From: an uncultured Verrucomicrobiota bacterium
GTDB taxonomy: Bacteria; Verrucomicrobiota; Verrucomicrobiia; CAZIPW01
DNA length: 64,000 nt
Direction: 5' to 3'
NCBI GenBank assembly: GCA_964541905.1
Contig: CAZIRU010000001.1
Span: 141,490 to 205,489 of the forward strand
The notes under the pieces: model-generated
What the model saw: only the letters and a program-made list of their open reading frames with translations
Database searches by the model: none
What the model was told of the DNA's origin: nothing
In this document: positions 19,137 to 28,335 of the stretch, piece after piece
How positions within the stretch are numbered: the stretch's first letter is position 1
Layout of the letters: each line of letters starts with the position of its first letter
Translations under genes and position numbers: made by a program

Positions 19137-19603
19137 TTTTAAATTTTTTTGAGGATGTGGATGGAGCCCCACAGGGTGTATTGCAAAAAACCACGGGTTT
19201 AATCATAGAGCTCTATTAACACCTAAAAGTGTGGTTTTCTGTGGAAGTGAGAAAGGCTTATTAAAGCCTTTTTTAATATTAACTGTTTTATAAAGTTACT
19301 TGTTTATAACTTTGTAAATATATTTATATCAAATATTTAATAATGTAATAAAATAAACAACTTGCGAATATTTAGATGAATAAATTTTTTCTCCCCACTT
19401 ATCTACACTACTTCCCTTATCATGTTTTTTATTTCACCCTTTAAATATTACATACTCCCTTTATTATAAACATATTATAAACTTTTTCACAATTTCACAA
19501 CCTATAAGATGATGAAGATTATAAATATAAATACTCTTCTTATACAAACACTCTCATTTACTTTTTTATTGTCACGCCACCCGTAACGCCTTTAACTAAT
19601 CTT
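19137..19603. promoter_or_regulatory. candidate chromosomal replication origin (oriC) with AT-rich unwinding region, immediately upstream of dnaN
   Basis: About 460 bp with no ORFs and very high AT content in a GC-rich genome. DnaA-box-like 9-mers are present: TGTGGATGG at 19156 and TTATCTACA at 19389, plus TGTGGTTTT/TGTGGAAGT. There is an imperfect palindrome TTTATAAAGTTAC..GTTTATAACTTTGTAAA. Nearly all genes to the left (1768-18711) are on the minus strand. Confidence 0.5.
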
Positions 19604-20731
19604 ATGAAAATCAAAATCCATCGTGATCATTTTATCAATGGACTTAATCAGGTCTTAAATGTTGTTGGAACAAGAGCGACTATGCCTATTTTAAGTAACG
19701 TCCATATTGAAGCTCGTCCAGATGGTATTCGTTTAACAACTACAAATCTCGACTTAGGAATGCGCTGTTCGATTAAAGCTGAAGTTATAGAACCAGGAGC
19801 TATCACCCTTCCTGTTAGAAGACTTGCTAGTATTGTAAAAGAACTACCCTCTTTAGATGTGCGGCTAGAAAGTACACAAAAATATCAAACAACACTTGTT
19901 TCAGGCAGCTCACGCTTTAAAATCATGGGACTTTCTCCCGAAGAATACCCTCCTTTGCCAACATTCAACGAAGAACACTCTATTACCCTCTCTCAAAATG
20001 ATTTACAAAGACTTTTAAAACTCGTCTCCTACGCAGCCTCAACCGACGAGAGCCGCTATCAAATGAATAGTGTTTTTTTTGATTTTACCCCTGGAAAATT
20101 AACCCTTGTGGCTACGGACGGCCGCCGCCTGGCGCTTGCTTCACACGACGTAGCAGTAAGTGAAAAAAATGTTGGCAAATTAATACTCCCGCTTAAAACC
20201 GTTGCAGAGGTGGAGCGCGCCCTAGGTCAAGGCGATAACGTAAAACTCACCTTCAACAATCGCCAAATTGCCTTTTCCTTTGAAAATAAAAACTCAGAGA
20301 TGGGCTTTATCGACCAAATCCATCTCGTCTCAAAACTGATTGAAGGAAAATATCCAGACTACAACCAAGTTCTCCCCAAAGAGACCTACAATCGCATTAA
20401 ACTTGATCACAACCTCTTTACTGAGAGCGTAAAGCGTGTTTCCTTGGTCACAACTGAAAAAAACAATTCGATCAAAGTTATTATTTCTCCTAAAAATATC
20501 GAAATTAGCGGTTCATCCCCCGACTTTGGCGAGGCGCAAGAGTCTATTGGCGGTGTCGCATACGAAGGTCCGGATGTCAGTGTTGCCTTCAACCCGCAAT
20601 ATATTCTCGAACCAATGCGGGCGATTACCGAAGACGAGGTGTTTTTAGAGTTTAAGGACGAGGTGAGCCCGGGTGTTTTCAAAACACTCAATAAATTCAC
20701 CTGTGTGGTAATGCCCTTACGTCTATCATAG
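19604..20731 (+). CDS. dnaN: DNA polymerase III beta subunit (sliding clamp)
   Basis: 375 aa with the DnaN-typical N-terminus MKIKIHRDHFINGLNQVLNVVGTRATMPILSNVHIEA and a three-domain length. Confidence 0.9.
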   Translation: MKIKIHRDHFINGLNQVLNVVGTRATMPILSNVHIEARPDGIRLTTTNLDLGMRCSIKAEVIEPGAITLPVRRLASIVKELPSLDVRLESTQKYQTTLVSGSSRFKIMGLSPEEYPPLPTFNEEHSITLSQNDLQRLLKLVSYAASTDESRYQMNSVFFDFTPGKLTLVATDGRRLALASHDVAVSEKNVGKLILPLKTVAEVERALGQGDNVKLTFNNRQIAFSFENKNSEMGFIDQIHLVSKLIEGKYPDYNQVLPKETYNRIKLDHNLFTESVKRVSLVTTEKNNSIKVIISPKNIEISGSSPDFGEAQESIGGVAYEGPDVSVAFNPQYILEPMRAITEDEVFLEFKDEVSPGVFKTLNKFTCVVMPLRLS

Positions 20732-20770
20732 ATAGGTGTAAAAATTTACAGGAACCTTACAACATCGCGC

Positions 20771-21535
20771 CTAGTCGTGCTTTCGTAAAAATTTCGAAAG
20801 CGTCACTTCTCCCGATCTTAGGCTCACAACTTCTTTTCCCGTCTTTACACACAGCGCTCCATCAGCATCTATTCCCAAAACCTTTCCACGCCTAACCCCT
20901 TCTTTATTTTCAAAACAAATATTTTTTCCCGTTAATCCATCATAACACAGCCAAAGCTCAATCATCTCCTCTAAATATATTCCCGCGCAAAAGCGCTCAA
21001 AACTCTCCGCCAAAGACGAACACAAAAGGCTTCGCAATCGCTCCAAATCGAAGGTCTTATGCGCCTCGAGTCTCAGTGAAGTTGCGCGCAGTCCTGCGGG
21101 AAACTTTATCGAATTTACATTTAGACCCACGCCTAAAATCAAAACCCGTCCAACCCCACTCACAACCGGCGCTTCTGCCAAAAGCCCCGCGCATTTCTTT
21201 TGCCCCACCCACAAATCATTGGGCCACTTGAGCCACACCCGCACCCGAGTCTTTTTTGCGATCGCCTCCGCAAGCCTAAGCCCCGCATAAAGCGTGAAAG
21301 TTGGCAGTTCTTTTAGCGGTACCTCCGCCTTGAACGCGGCTGTACAATACAAATTTCCCTCGGGCGAGTGCCATTGCCGGCCCATGCGCCCCCTGCCGGC
21401 GGTTTGATTTTTTGCACTCACAAAAATCGGCGGGGTCTCCTCCGTCAAAAGCCGCAAAGCCTCATCATTGGTGCTGCCGAGCGTGTCGTACTCAAAACAA
21501 GTTACTTTGCCCGAAGGTTGTATTTTAGAAGCCAT
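20771..21535 (-). CDS. birA: biotin--[acetyl-CoA-carboxylase] ligase (group I, no DNA-binding domain)
   Basis: Signature QTAGRGRMGRQWHSPEGNLY. Start set at the ATG at 21535 (MASKIQPSGK). Confidence 0.75.
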   Translation of the reverse strand: MASKIQPSGKVTCFEYDTLGSTNDEALRLLTEETPPIFVSAKNQTAGRGRMGRQWHSPEGNLYCTAAFKAEVPLKELPTFTLYAGLRLAEAIAKKTRVRVWLKWPNDLWVGQKKCAGLLAEAPVVSGVGRVLILGVGLNVNSIKFPAGLRATSLRLEAHKTFDLERLRSLLCSSLAESFERFCAGIYLEEMIELWLCYDGLTGKNICFENKEGVRRGKVLGIDADGALCVKTGKEVVSLRSGEVTLSKFLRKHD

Positions 21536-21554
21536 TCCGCTATTATAAAAACCG

Positions 21555-22739
21555 ATGGAGAATCTTTTTGCAATGGTGATCGTGGGCGTTTTAGCGCTGA
21601 TTTTGGGTGGCGTTCTCGGCCACATATATTCTCAAAAACATGCAACACCTCCGCCCTCCGACGATCTCTTGCGCGAGCGCTTCAAGGCGGCCGCCTCCGA
21701 GGCTATGCAAGTCTCTCAAGCGGGTTTTCTAGCTCAAGCCAAGCTCGTGGTCGAGAACGCGCGCGAGGTGGCTACGAGTGAATTTCAAAAGCAGGGGCTT
21801 ACGCTGCAAAAAAATCTCGAACCGCTCCGCGCCTCTCTCGAAAAACTCGAAAGCAATATCTCCTCCTTGGAAAGGGCCCGCGTGGGCGCTTACGCCGGCC
21901 TCACCCAGCAGCTCGAAAATCTTTCTTTGGCGCAAAAAGATCTTCGCTTGGAGACTTCCGCCCTTGTTCAAGCCTTGCGCGATCCAAAGACGCGAGGCAG
22001 TTGGGGCGAGTTGCAACTCAAACGAGCAGTGGAGTTCGCCGGCATGTCGGCCTATGTGGATTTTCAAACCCAGGTGAGTGTCTCCAATTCCGACGAGCGT
22101 TCTCTGCAGCCCGACATGGTCATCCGTTTGCCGGCGGGACGCCATGTGGTGGTGGACGCCAAAACGCCCATGCGCGCGTATCTCGAGGCGCTTAACGCCA
22201 CCACTCCCGACGAAAAAAAGCGTCTCTTTTGCGATCACGCCCGCCAGTTGCGCGACCACTTCAAAAAGCTCGGCCAAAAACAATACTGGGCGCAGTTTTC
22301 CCCCTCTCCCGAGTTTGTTGTTCTCTTTTTGCCACAAGAGAGTCTGCTTTCGGCGGCGCTTGAGTTTGAGCCGCAGCTGATCGAGGACGCCGTGCGCGAG
22401 CACGTGATTATCGCCACCCCCACCACTCTTATCGCGCTTCTCAAGACGGTCGCTTATGGCTGGGGGGAGTTTCAGGCGGCCGAGCGCGCCCGTCACGTCG
22501 TCTCTTTGGGCAACGAACTTATCGACCGCTTCTCAACCGTTTTGGGCTATTGGAAGGGCGTGGGCGTCGAGCTCAAACAGGCCGTCGAAAAATACAATCA
22601 AGCGGTAGCCTCGACCGAAGCGCGCCTGATGCCGACGGCACGCGCGTTGGCGGGCGAGAAAAAGCTCGAAGAGCCGGAAGGCGTCCAAGTTTTGCCTCGC
22701 GAGATGGCTGTTGCCGAAACTCAAACGCGAGAGGATTAG
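21555..22739 (+). CDS. rmuC: DNA recombination protein RmuC
   Basis: N-terminal TM, long coiled coil, then the RmuC nuclease-like core (GSWGELQLKRAVEFAGM, VVVDAKTP). Confidence 0.8.
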   Translation: MENLFAMVIVGVLALILGGVLGHIYSQKHATPPPSDDLLRERFKAAASEAMQVSQAGFLAQAKLVVENAREVATSEFQKQGLTLQKNLEPLRASLEKLESNISSLERARVGAYAGLTQQLENLSLAQKDLRLETSALVQALRDPKTRGSWGELQLKRAVEFAGMSAYVDFQTQVSVSNSDERSLQPDMVIRLPAGRHVVVDAKTPMRAYLEALNATTPDEKKRLFCDHARQLRDHFKKLGQKQYWAQFSPSPEFVVLFLPQESLLSAALEFEPQLIEDAVREHVIIATPTTLIALLKTVAYGWGEFQAAERARHVVSLGNELIDRFSTVLGYWKGVGVELKQAVEKYNQAVASTEARLMPTARALAGEKKLEEPEGVQVLPREMAVAETQTRED

Positions 22740-23359
22740 CGCTTAAATTTACTAAACCCCAGCCCGCTTAAATCCTCTTCCGTGTAGATCGCAAAAACCT
22801 CACGCTCGCGTCCGTTCTCAAAGATTCTGTAATATCTGAAGTCCGCCCGCGAAAAGTCCTCCAAGCTCCAGCTGGAAACTTTCGCCTCATACGGATTTTC
22901 ACCAAGTGCCTCCGCTGGAGCTTTTTCGTCAAGCGCCTGCCAGATGCCCAGCAACATCCCTGTTTTCTCGCGCATCTTTTTTATCATCTGCAGCCCCTTT
23001 TGTTTTTCAAAAGAAGCCAAAAGGTCAAAACACCACACAAAGTCATAAGAATGCAGCTCGTCAATGAGCGTATAGGCGTTGCCGACGAAAATTCGTTTAT
23101 ACATCGCGCGCTGATAATCTTGCACCAGCGGCGCATAAATTTCGATTCCGTCAATCTGGCTTTTCCACTGGCGCGTGAGCGCGCGACCCTCCCAAATATC
23201 CGTGTACTCGCGGAAGAGAAAGCCCCACTTTCCGCTACCGACACCCAAATCCAAAAAGCTCTCCGGCTTGAATTTCAAAACCAGCTCACGGGTAATTTCC
23301 GTTGCCCTAAACGCTTGCGACATACCGCTATTTTGCAGCAGCTCAAACTGATAAGTCAA
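22736..23359 (-). CDS. class I SAM-dependent methyltransferase-like protein
   Basis: Motif I-like LDLGVGSGKWGF; 207 aa. Confidence 0.4.
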   Translation of the reverse strand: MTYQFELLQNSGMSQAFRATEITRELVLKFKPESFLDLGVGSGKWGFLFREYTDIWEGRALTRQWKSQIDGIEIYAPLVQDYQRAMYKRIFVGNAYTLIDELHSYDFVWCFDLLASFEKQKGLQMIKKMREKTGMLLGIWQALDEKAPAEALGENPYEAKVSSWSLEDFSRADFRYYRIFENGREREVFAIYTEEDLSGLGFSKFKR

Positions 23360-23392
23360 TTCACTCTCCGCTCTTGGGCAAAAAAGCGCGCC

Positions 23393-23851
23393 CTACATTT
23401 CCACCTTAACGACAATTTTTTTAACCTCACTAGTCGCCTCCGCGCGCATTCCCGGGGCATGGGCATCCCAAGGGAAAAAGATCGCAAAGGCGCCCGCGCG
23501 AAGCCGCAATTGCAGTCCTTGCGCTACCGCTTCTTTATAAAACGCGAGGTCTTTTTCTTCGTCAAAAACGCCCTCCGGCGTCAACCCCTCTACTTCGCGC
23601 GCGCCCAAAAGCTCCTCTCCGTGAGCCAAAAGCTGGATGTCGGCATAACGCCGATGCGACTCAAATTTCCCTTCGCTTGGGGGTTTGGGCGCATATTCCT
23701 GAACGCTTGCATAGACGCGCGTTCCGTCGATCTCTGTGCGCCCACAGGCCAGCGCCGCAAGATCGGCTTTTTTGAGCCACGCGAAAGCTGTCGCAAAGTT
23801 TGCGCTCAAGCCATTGTAGGCTGAGGTGTTTTTTAACAAGTCGAATATCAT
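23393..23851 (-). CDS. YhcH/YjgK/YiaL (DUF386) family protein
   Basis: A ~150-aa protein matching YhcH-family layout (RYADIQLLAHGEE, IFFPWDAHAPG, KIVVKV). Start moved to the ATG at 23851 (MIFDLL), giving an ATGA overlap with waaA. Confidence 0.55.
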   Translation of the reverse strand: MIFDLLKNTSAYNGLSANFATAFAWLKKADLAALACGRTEIDGTRVYASVQEYAPKPPSEGKFESHRRYADIQLLAHGEELLGAREVEGLTPEGVFDEEKDLAFYKEAVAQGLQLRLRAGAFAIFFPWDAHAPGMRAEATSEVKKIVVKVEM

Positions 23852-25134
23852 AAAGTTTTTACGCCTTCGGGCAAAAGCTCCAGCCACTCCAGCGTCCGAA
23901 GCGTAGCCCCCCGATTTTTCTCAAAGTAAGCGCGGGCCGCTTCTCCCATTGTGCGGCGATAATCTTCATGAGCGAGCAAATACGCCAGAGCCTCTTCCAG
24001 CTCCATAGCCGAACCCACAAAAGCCCCGCCTTTAGCCTCTTCTAGCTCTTGAGCGATCTGCCTAAAGTTGCTCATGCCGCGGCCCATCAAGATAGGTTTG
24101 CCAACGGCGGCGGCCTCAAGAGGGTTTTGGCCGTCTTTATGTGGCGGGAGGCTTTTTCCAATAAAAACAAGCGCACAGAGCTGCGTCAAAGCCGCCAGCT
24201 CGCCGGTCGTGTCAGCCAACACCACCTCTGGGGCTCCGTTTACCAGCCCTCGGCTGCGCATATGATAAGTGCAGCCGCAATTTTTTAAGAGAGGCTCCAC
24301 TTCGCTCCTGCGTTCGGCGTGGCGCGGCACAAGTAAGAGCCGCAGCTTCTCGTTTTGCGCCTTGAGCTTCAAAAAAGCGTCGAGTAATATTTTTTCCTCT
24401 CCCGCCCACGTCGAGGAACCTAAAAGGATAACCGCATCCTTCGGGAAACCCAGCGAGGTCCACAGTTCCGTGCGAGCTGCTTCCGGCAGAGGTTTGGGAT
24501 TGACTGCGTCAAACTTCAAACTTCCCAGCTTTGTTAAAAGCTCCGGATTGGCGCCCAAGCGCAAATAACGCTCAGCATCCTGCTGTGTTGCGGCCAAAAT
24601 ACCTGAGACCTTCGCTAAAAGTTGCCTCGTCATGCCCTTAAAGCACGAAAAGCGCCTAAAGGACCTGTCCGAAAGGCGCGCTCCGATGATATAGACGGGG
24701 ATATTCTTTTTTCGCGCCTGCCAAAGCAGCTCCGGCCAAAGCTCCCCTTCCACAAAGATAATCCGGTCTGGATTGAGCCGTGATAGCGCTTTGGGCGAGA
24801 AGTTGTCGATGGGAAATGTAAAAAGGTAAGTGTAAAAATCCTTAAGTTTGTTCTCAGCAATAGCGCGCGCGGTGGTGGTTGTTACTGAAAGGCACACTTC
24901 CACCGCCGGATTATTCTTAAGCTCCCGCAAAAGAGGCCCAATCGAATTAAGCTCGCCAACCGAGACGGCGTGGAGCCAAAGGCGCTCTACGCCGGCTTTG
25001 CGCGCTGGAGGGCGGATAAAGCCGAAACGTTCCCGAAGATGCCATTTGCCGCCGCGTCTCCAAAGTCGCAACATGTAGTTGGGCAAGAGGATAAGGAAAA
25101 GCGGCCAAAACAAAAGACGATACAGCCAGATCAT
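23848..25134 (-). CDS. waaA: 3-deoxy-D-manno-octulosonic acid (Kdo) transferase (GT30)
   Basis: N-terminal TM, the hallmark HAVSVGE motif, and a C-terminal GT-B domain; 428 aa. Confidence 0.8.
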   Translation of the reverse strand: MIWLYRLLFWPLFLILLPNYMLRLWRRGGKWHLRERFGFIRPPARKAGVERLWLHAVSVGELNSIGPLLRELKNNPAVEVCLSVTTTTARAIAENKLKDFYTYLFTFPIDNFSPKALSRLNPDRIIFVEGELWPELLWQARKKNIPVYIIGARLSDRSFRRFSCFKGMTRQLLAKVSGILAATQQDAERYLRLGANPELLTKLGSLKFDAVNPKPLPEAARTELWTSLGFPKDAVILLGSSTWAGEEKILLDAFLKLKAQNEKLRLLLVPRHAERRSEVEPLLKNCGCTYHMRSRGLVNGAPEVVLADTTGELAALTQLCALVFIGKSLPPHKDGQNPLEAAAVGKPILMGRGMSNFRQIAQELEEAKGGAFVGSAMELEEALAYLLAHEDYRRTMGEAARAYFEKNRGATLRTLEWLELLPEGVKTL

Positions 25135-25976
25135 AAGCTCTCCAGTTTATCCCTTTTAGAGGGGTTTGACAATGCCGGTCGCCGTGAAATTTTTTGCGGT
25201 TTTTGCGCAAAAGAATCTGTTTTTTTGCGCTTTTTCCGCAAAAAAGGTTTGTAAAAAACCTTCTCCAAGTAAAGGCCGCAAGCGGGGGCTGTTACAATTT
25301 CGTGTGTCCTTTTTTTACTTTTAAAGATTTGTTTAAGGCGCATAAGCGGGAGTTTCCCGCGCGCAACCTCAATGGCCGTGCCGACAATGCTGCGCGCCAT
25401 TTTGTAAAGGAACCCACTGCCTATCAAAACGATAGTGATGTTTTTTTGACGAATGGAGGCGCTGCATTTAAAAAGCGTTTTTTGCTGGGTCTCCTCTTTG
25501 AGGACATTTCCCGCCAAGGCCGAAAAATCGTGCCGGCCCTCGAAGCTTTTTAAAGAATCTTTAAGTAGTTTAATATCAATCGGATGCCTTATGCTCCAAA
25601 AATAGCGGTTTTCAAAAGGGGTGGCGGGAGCGCATTTTATTTTGTATATATAGCGCTTGGCCTGCGCGCAAAAACGGGCGTGAAAATCTTTCGAAGCTTT
25701 TGATAGAGAACAAATTAAAATTGTTTTTGGCAGGTGGGTTTGCAGCGCGTTTTGAAGTTTTTTGCAAGAATATTTCCATTGCGCGTCAAAATGTCCCACT
25801 TGCCCCTGTGCGTGGACACCGCTATCCGTCCGGCTGGCTCCATGTAGGCGAATGGGCTCTTTAAAAACTTTCCTAAGTGATTCCTCTATAGCATCTTGCA
25901 CAGCTTTACCATTAGGCTGGCTCTGCCAGCCTTGAAAATCCGTGCCATCATAGGCGATGATCATTTTAAAGCGCAT
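25131..25976 (-). CDS. truA: tRNA pseudouridine(38-40) synthase
   Basis: Motifs IIAYDGTDFQGWQSQ and the catalytic RTDSGVHA. Start moved to the ATG at 25976 (MRFKM). Confidence 0.85.
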   Translation of the reverse strand: MRFKMIIAYDGTDFQGWQSQPNGKAVQDAIEESLRKVFKEPIRLHGASRTDSGVHAQGQVGHFDAQWKYSCKKLQNALQTHLPKTILICSLSKASKDFHARFCAQAKRYIYKIKCAPATPFENRYFWSIRHPIDIKLLKDSLKSFEGRHDFSALAGNVLKEETQQKTLFKCSASIRQKNITIVLIGSGFLYKMARSIVGTAIEVARGKLPLMRLKQIFKSKKRTHEIVTAPACGLYLEKVFYKPFLRKKRKKTDSFAQKPQKISRRPALSNPSKRDKLESL

Positions 25977-25983
25977 AATGCTC

Positions 25984-26427
25984 TTATTCAGGATGTTGTG
26001 CAAGATACTCCTCCAAAAGAAGCGCCGCCGCCTTGGAATCAACCGTTCCATCGCGCTGAGGGTGCCCTTTTTTGATCTTTGGCTTGGGAAGCGTAGATTC
26101 GGCCTCGAAAGAGGAAAGGGTTTCGTCAATCGTTCGGATGGGGATGTTGAGTGAGGTTAAGATGTTTTTTATAAATGTCTCAACTTCAATTGTTAATGGG
26201 CTTTTATCGCCGCTGGGTAGAAGAGGAAGGCCCACCAATATGAGGTTGATTTTACGCGAAACAAGCGTTTCTTTAAAATACGCAAGTCTTTCTTCAAAAT
26301 GTGTTTGCGTTGCTGCCGGAAGGGTAAAAACAACGCGCAACTCATCACAAAACGCCAACCCCCACCTTTTTCGGCCGTAGTCGAGTGCTAAAATTCTTTT
26401 AAAATTTTTGAACTTTTCTTCAACCAT
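25984..26427 (-). CDS. ruvX: Holliday junction resolvase-like protein RuvX/YqgF
   Basis: N-terminal ILALDYGRKRWGLAF (the YqgF catalytic-Asp motif); 147 aa. Confidence 0.8.
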   Translation of the reverse strand: MVEEKFKNFKRILALDYGRKRWGLAFCDELRVVFTLPAATQTHFEERLAYFKETLVSRKINLILVGLPLLPSGDKSPLTIEVETFIKNILTSLNIPIRTIDETLSSFEAESTLPKPKIKKGHPQRDGTVDSKAAALLLEEYLAQHPE

Positions 26428-26431
26428 TCGT

Positions 26432-26520
26432 GTCTAAGAGTATAGAAATTTTTCGCACAGGGCGAGAGAGTTTCTCATAGGTTTTTAAGGCCGCTCGAGT
26501 TTTCTCGGGCGGCTTTTTTG
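26432..26520 (+). ncRNA. candidate small RNA / terminated leader element, copy 1
   Basis: A ~90-nt segment ending in the hairpin GCCGCTCGAGTTTTCTCGGGCGGC plus TTTTTTG. It is paralogous to the element at 26698-26784, sharing GTCTAAGA..GAATTT..AGGGC..GAGTTTCTCATAGGTTTT. Confidence 0.35.
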
Positions 26521-26697
26521 TCCGCCTCCGCAGAAGACCACGCCTTTCGGCGTTGAATAAGGCAAGAGGGCTTCTGACTACGGCGAGATGTTGCGCCTTG
26601 AGTGCGTAGCACGAAGGACCGCGGGCTTGCCCGTGGGGGCTCCATTGGAAAGGTGATTTTTTTGAATATTACTCTGAACCTTTTGCAAAATTTCTCC

Positions 26698-26784
26698 GTC
26701 TAAGACTGCGTAAGAATTTCAAAAAGGGCTCAAGGAGTTCTTCATAGGTTTTGAACCGTCCGGTTTGCGCCGGACGGTTTTTTG
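26698..26784 (+). ncRNA. candidate small RNA / terminated leader element, copy 2
   Basis: Paralog of copy 1. It ends in the perfect intrinsic terminator CCGTCCGG-TTTGCG-CCGGACGG followed by TTTTTTG (26756-26784). Confidence 0.4.
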
Positions 26785-26818
26785 TTGGGGTGGTCGAAAA
26801 ATTCCATTACGATAGGGC

Positions 26819-27502
26819 ATGCGTTTTTGGGGCAAAGGCAAAGAGGTGGGGGCGTGGGTGCCCTTAGGGAAGGAAGAGGCGCATCATGCGCGCGTGGCGC
26901 GTCTGCGTCAGGGGGAGGCGGTGGAGATTTTGGACGGGGAGGGAAACTTTTGGAAGGGAACCTTTGAAAAAGAGGGAGTGAAAATAGGAAGCGTGGGGGC
27001 CGCCGAGCGTGAGGCGCGACAAATTGCGCTTATGGTAGGGCTTACGCAAGGAGGCACGTTTGAGATGATCGTGCGTCAGGCGGCGGAGCTTGGCGTGGCG
27101 CGGGTCGTGCCGCTTTTGACAAAAAACAGTGCCCCTTTTGGGGATGAAAAAAGGCTGCGCGCCAAACTTGAGCGCTGGAAAAGAATTTCAGAGGAGGCAT
27201 GCAAGCAAAGTGGGAATTATTGGTGCACAGAAGTTGGCGCGCCCCTGCGTTTTGCCGAGGCCCTGAAAGAAGAGGATGGTGCACTTAATTGCGTGGCCTC
27301 TCTGGAGAAGGGAGGCTTGGGGCGCCCGCAACTACCCAAGGACGGGCGTGTCTGCGTATGGGTGGGCCCCGAAGGAGATTTTGCGCCGGAGGAATATGCT
27401 CAGTTGCGTGCGCTCGGAGGGGCGGAGGTGAGCCTTGGGCGTAATGTGCTCAAGGTTGAAACGGCATGTGTGGCGATTTTGGCTATAGTGAGGGCTTCGT
27501 GA
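26819..27502 (+). CDS. rsmE: 16S rRNA (uracil1498-N3)-methyltransferase
   Basis: Typical RsmE size (227 aa) with the C-terminal GPEGDFAPEE motif. Confidence 0.7.
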   Translation: MRFWGKGKEVGAWVPLGKEEAHHARVARLRQGEAVEILDGEGNFWKGTFEKEGVKIGSVGAAEREARQIALMVGLTQGGTFEMIVRQAAELGVARVVPLLTKNSAPFGDEKRLRAKLERWKRISEEACKQSGNYWCTEVGAPLRFAEALKEEDGALNCVASLEKGGLGRPQLPKDGRVCVWVGPEGDFAPEEYAQLRALGGAEVSLGRNVLKVETACVAILAIVRAS

Positions 27503-27525
27503 GGCCCCATCGGGCGCCGCTCGCG

Positions 27526-28335
27526 TTATTTGCTTTTTTTTCGACTGGTCCTTAGCCATAACCATGCTCCCACAGGCAGCATGAAAAGTGAATAGAAGAC
27601 GCCGCGGGAGAGCCCAAGAATAAGAGAGGCATCCGGCTCGCGAAAACCCTCGCCCACGATGCGCACAAGCGCATAAAGGATGAGAAACTCTGCCGTCAGG
27701 CGCCCTGCCGGCTGAAGGCGCGTCTGGCGCGCGCGCAATTGCGTGTAGAGCAAAAGAAAGAGGCCCTCAAGCGCGGCTTCGTAGAGCTGGGAAGGGTGGC
27801 GTGGCGCGATGAGCGAAACGGGAGTGCCTTCAGGAGCGCTTTTTGGGAAGATGACCGCCCATGGGACGTAGGCGATTTTGCCCCAAAGCTCCCCATTGAT
27901 AAAATTGGCCAGGCGACCCAGTAAAAGCCCCGCGGGGGCCATGACGCAGGTTGCATCCGCTAAAAGCCAAAAGGAAACTTTACGCCGCCGCGCAAAAAGA
28001 AGGCTCGCCAGAGCGCTGCCGAGAAGCCCCCCGTGGCTCGACATGCCCCCCTGCCAAAAAAAGAAAAAACGCAGAGGATAGGCGATGAAAGAGCCGAAGT
28101 CGTAAAGGAGCATGAAGCCAAGCCTGCCGCCAATGATGATGCCAAGGAGCTGGTAGAAGAGAAATTGCGCGCGCGCGTGCGCGTCGAGTGGAAGGGCCCC
28201 GCGCTTACATAAGCGGATGAGAAATGCCCACGCAATGAGGAGCCCCGCTGCATACGCAAGGCCATACCAACGCACGCCAAAGTTCTCGCCAAACTGGAGC
28301 GCAAAGGGGGAAAGATTATGAAGCCAGTAGGTCAT
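27526..28335 (-). CDS. lgt: prolipoprotein diacylglyceryl transferase
   Basis: Lgt motifs WQGGMSSHGG, NFINGELWG and RHPSQLYEA; polytopic membrane protein. Confidence 0.85.
   Translation of the reverse strand: MTYWLHNLSPFALQFGENFGVRWYGLAYAAGLLIAWAFLIRLCKRGALPLDAHARAQFLFYQLLGIIIGGRLGFMLLYDFGSFIAYPLRFFFFWQGGMSSHGGLLGSALASLLFARRRKVSFWLLADATCVMAPAGLLLGRLANFINGELWGKIAYVPWAVIFPKSAPEGTPVSLIAPRHPSQLYEAALEGLFLLLYTQLRARQTRLQPAGRLTAEFLILYALVRIVGEGFREPDASLILGLSRGVFYSLFMLPVGAWLWLRTSRKKSK

Noticed and set aside
20780-20807. Hairpin GCTTTCG-TAAAAATTT-CGAAAGC near the dnaN/birA convergent junction
   Set aside because: It lies inside the birA 3' coding end rather than in the intergenic gap, and has no flanking T-run on either strand.
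21729-22496. 255-aa antisense ORF opposite rmuC
   Set aside because: It is wholly contained within rmuC on the other strand. The composition is Arg/Gly-rich, as expected from GC-rich antisense frames.
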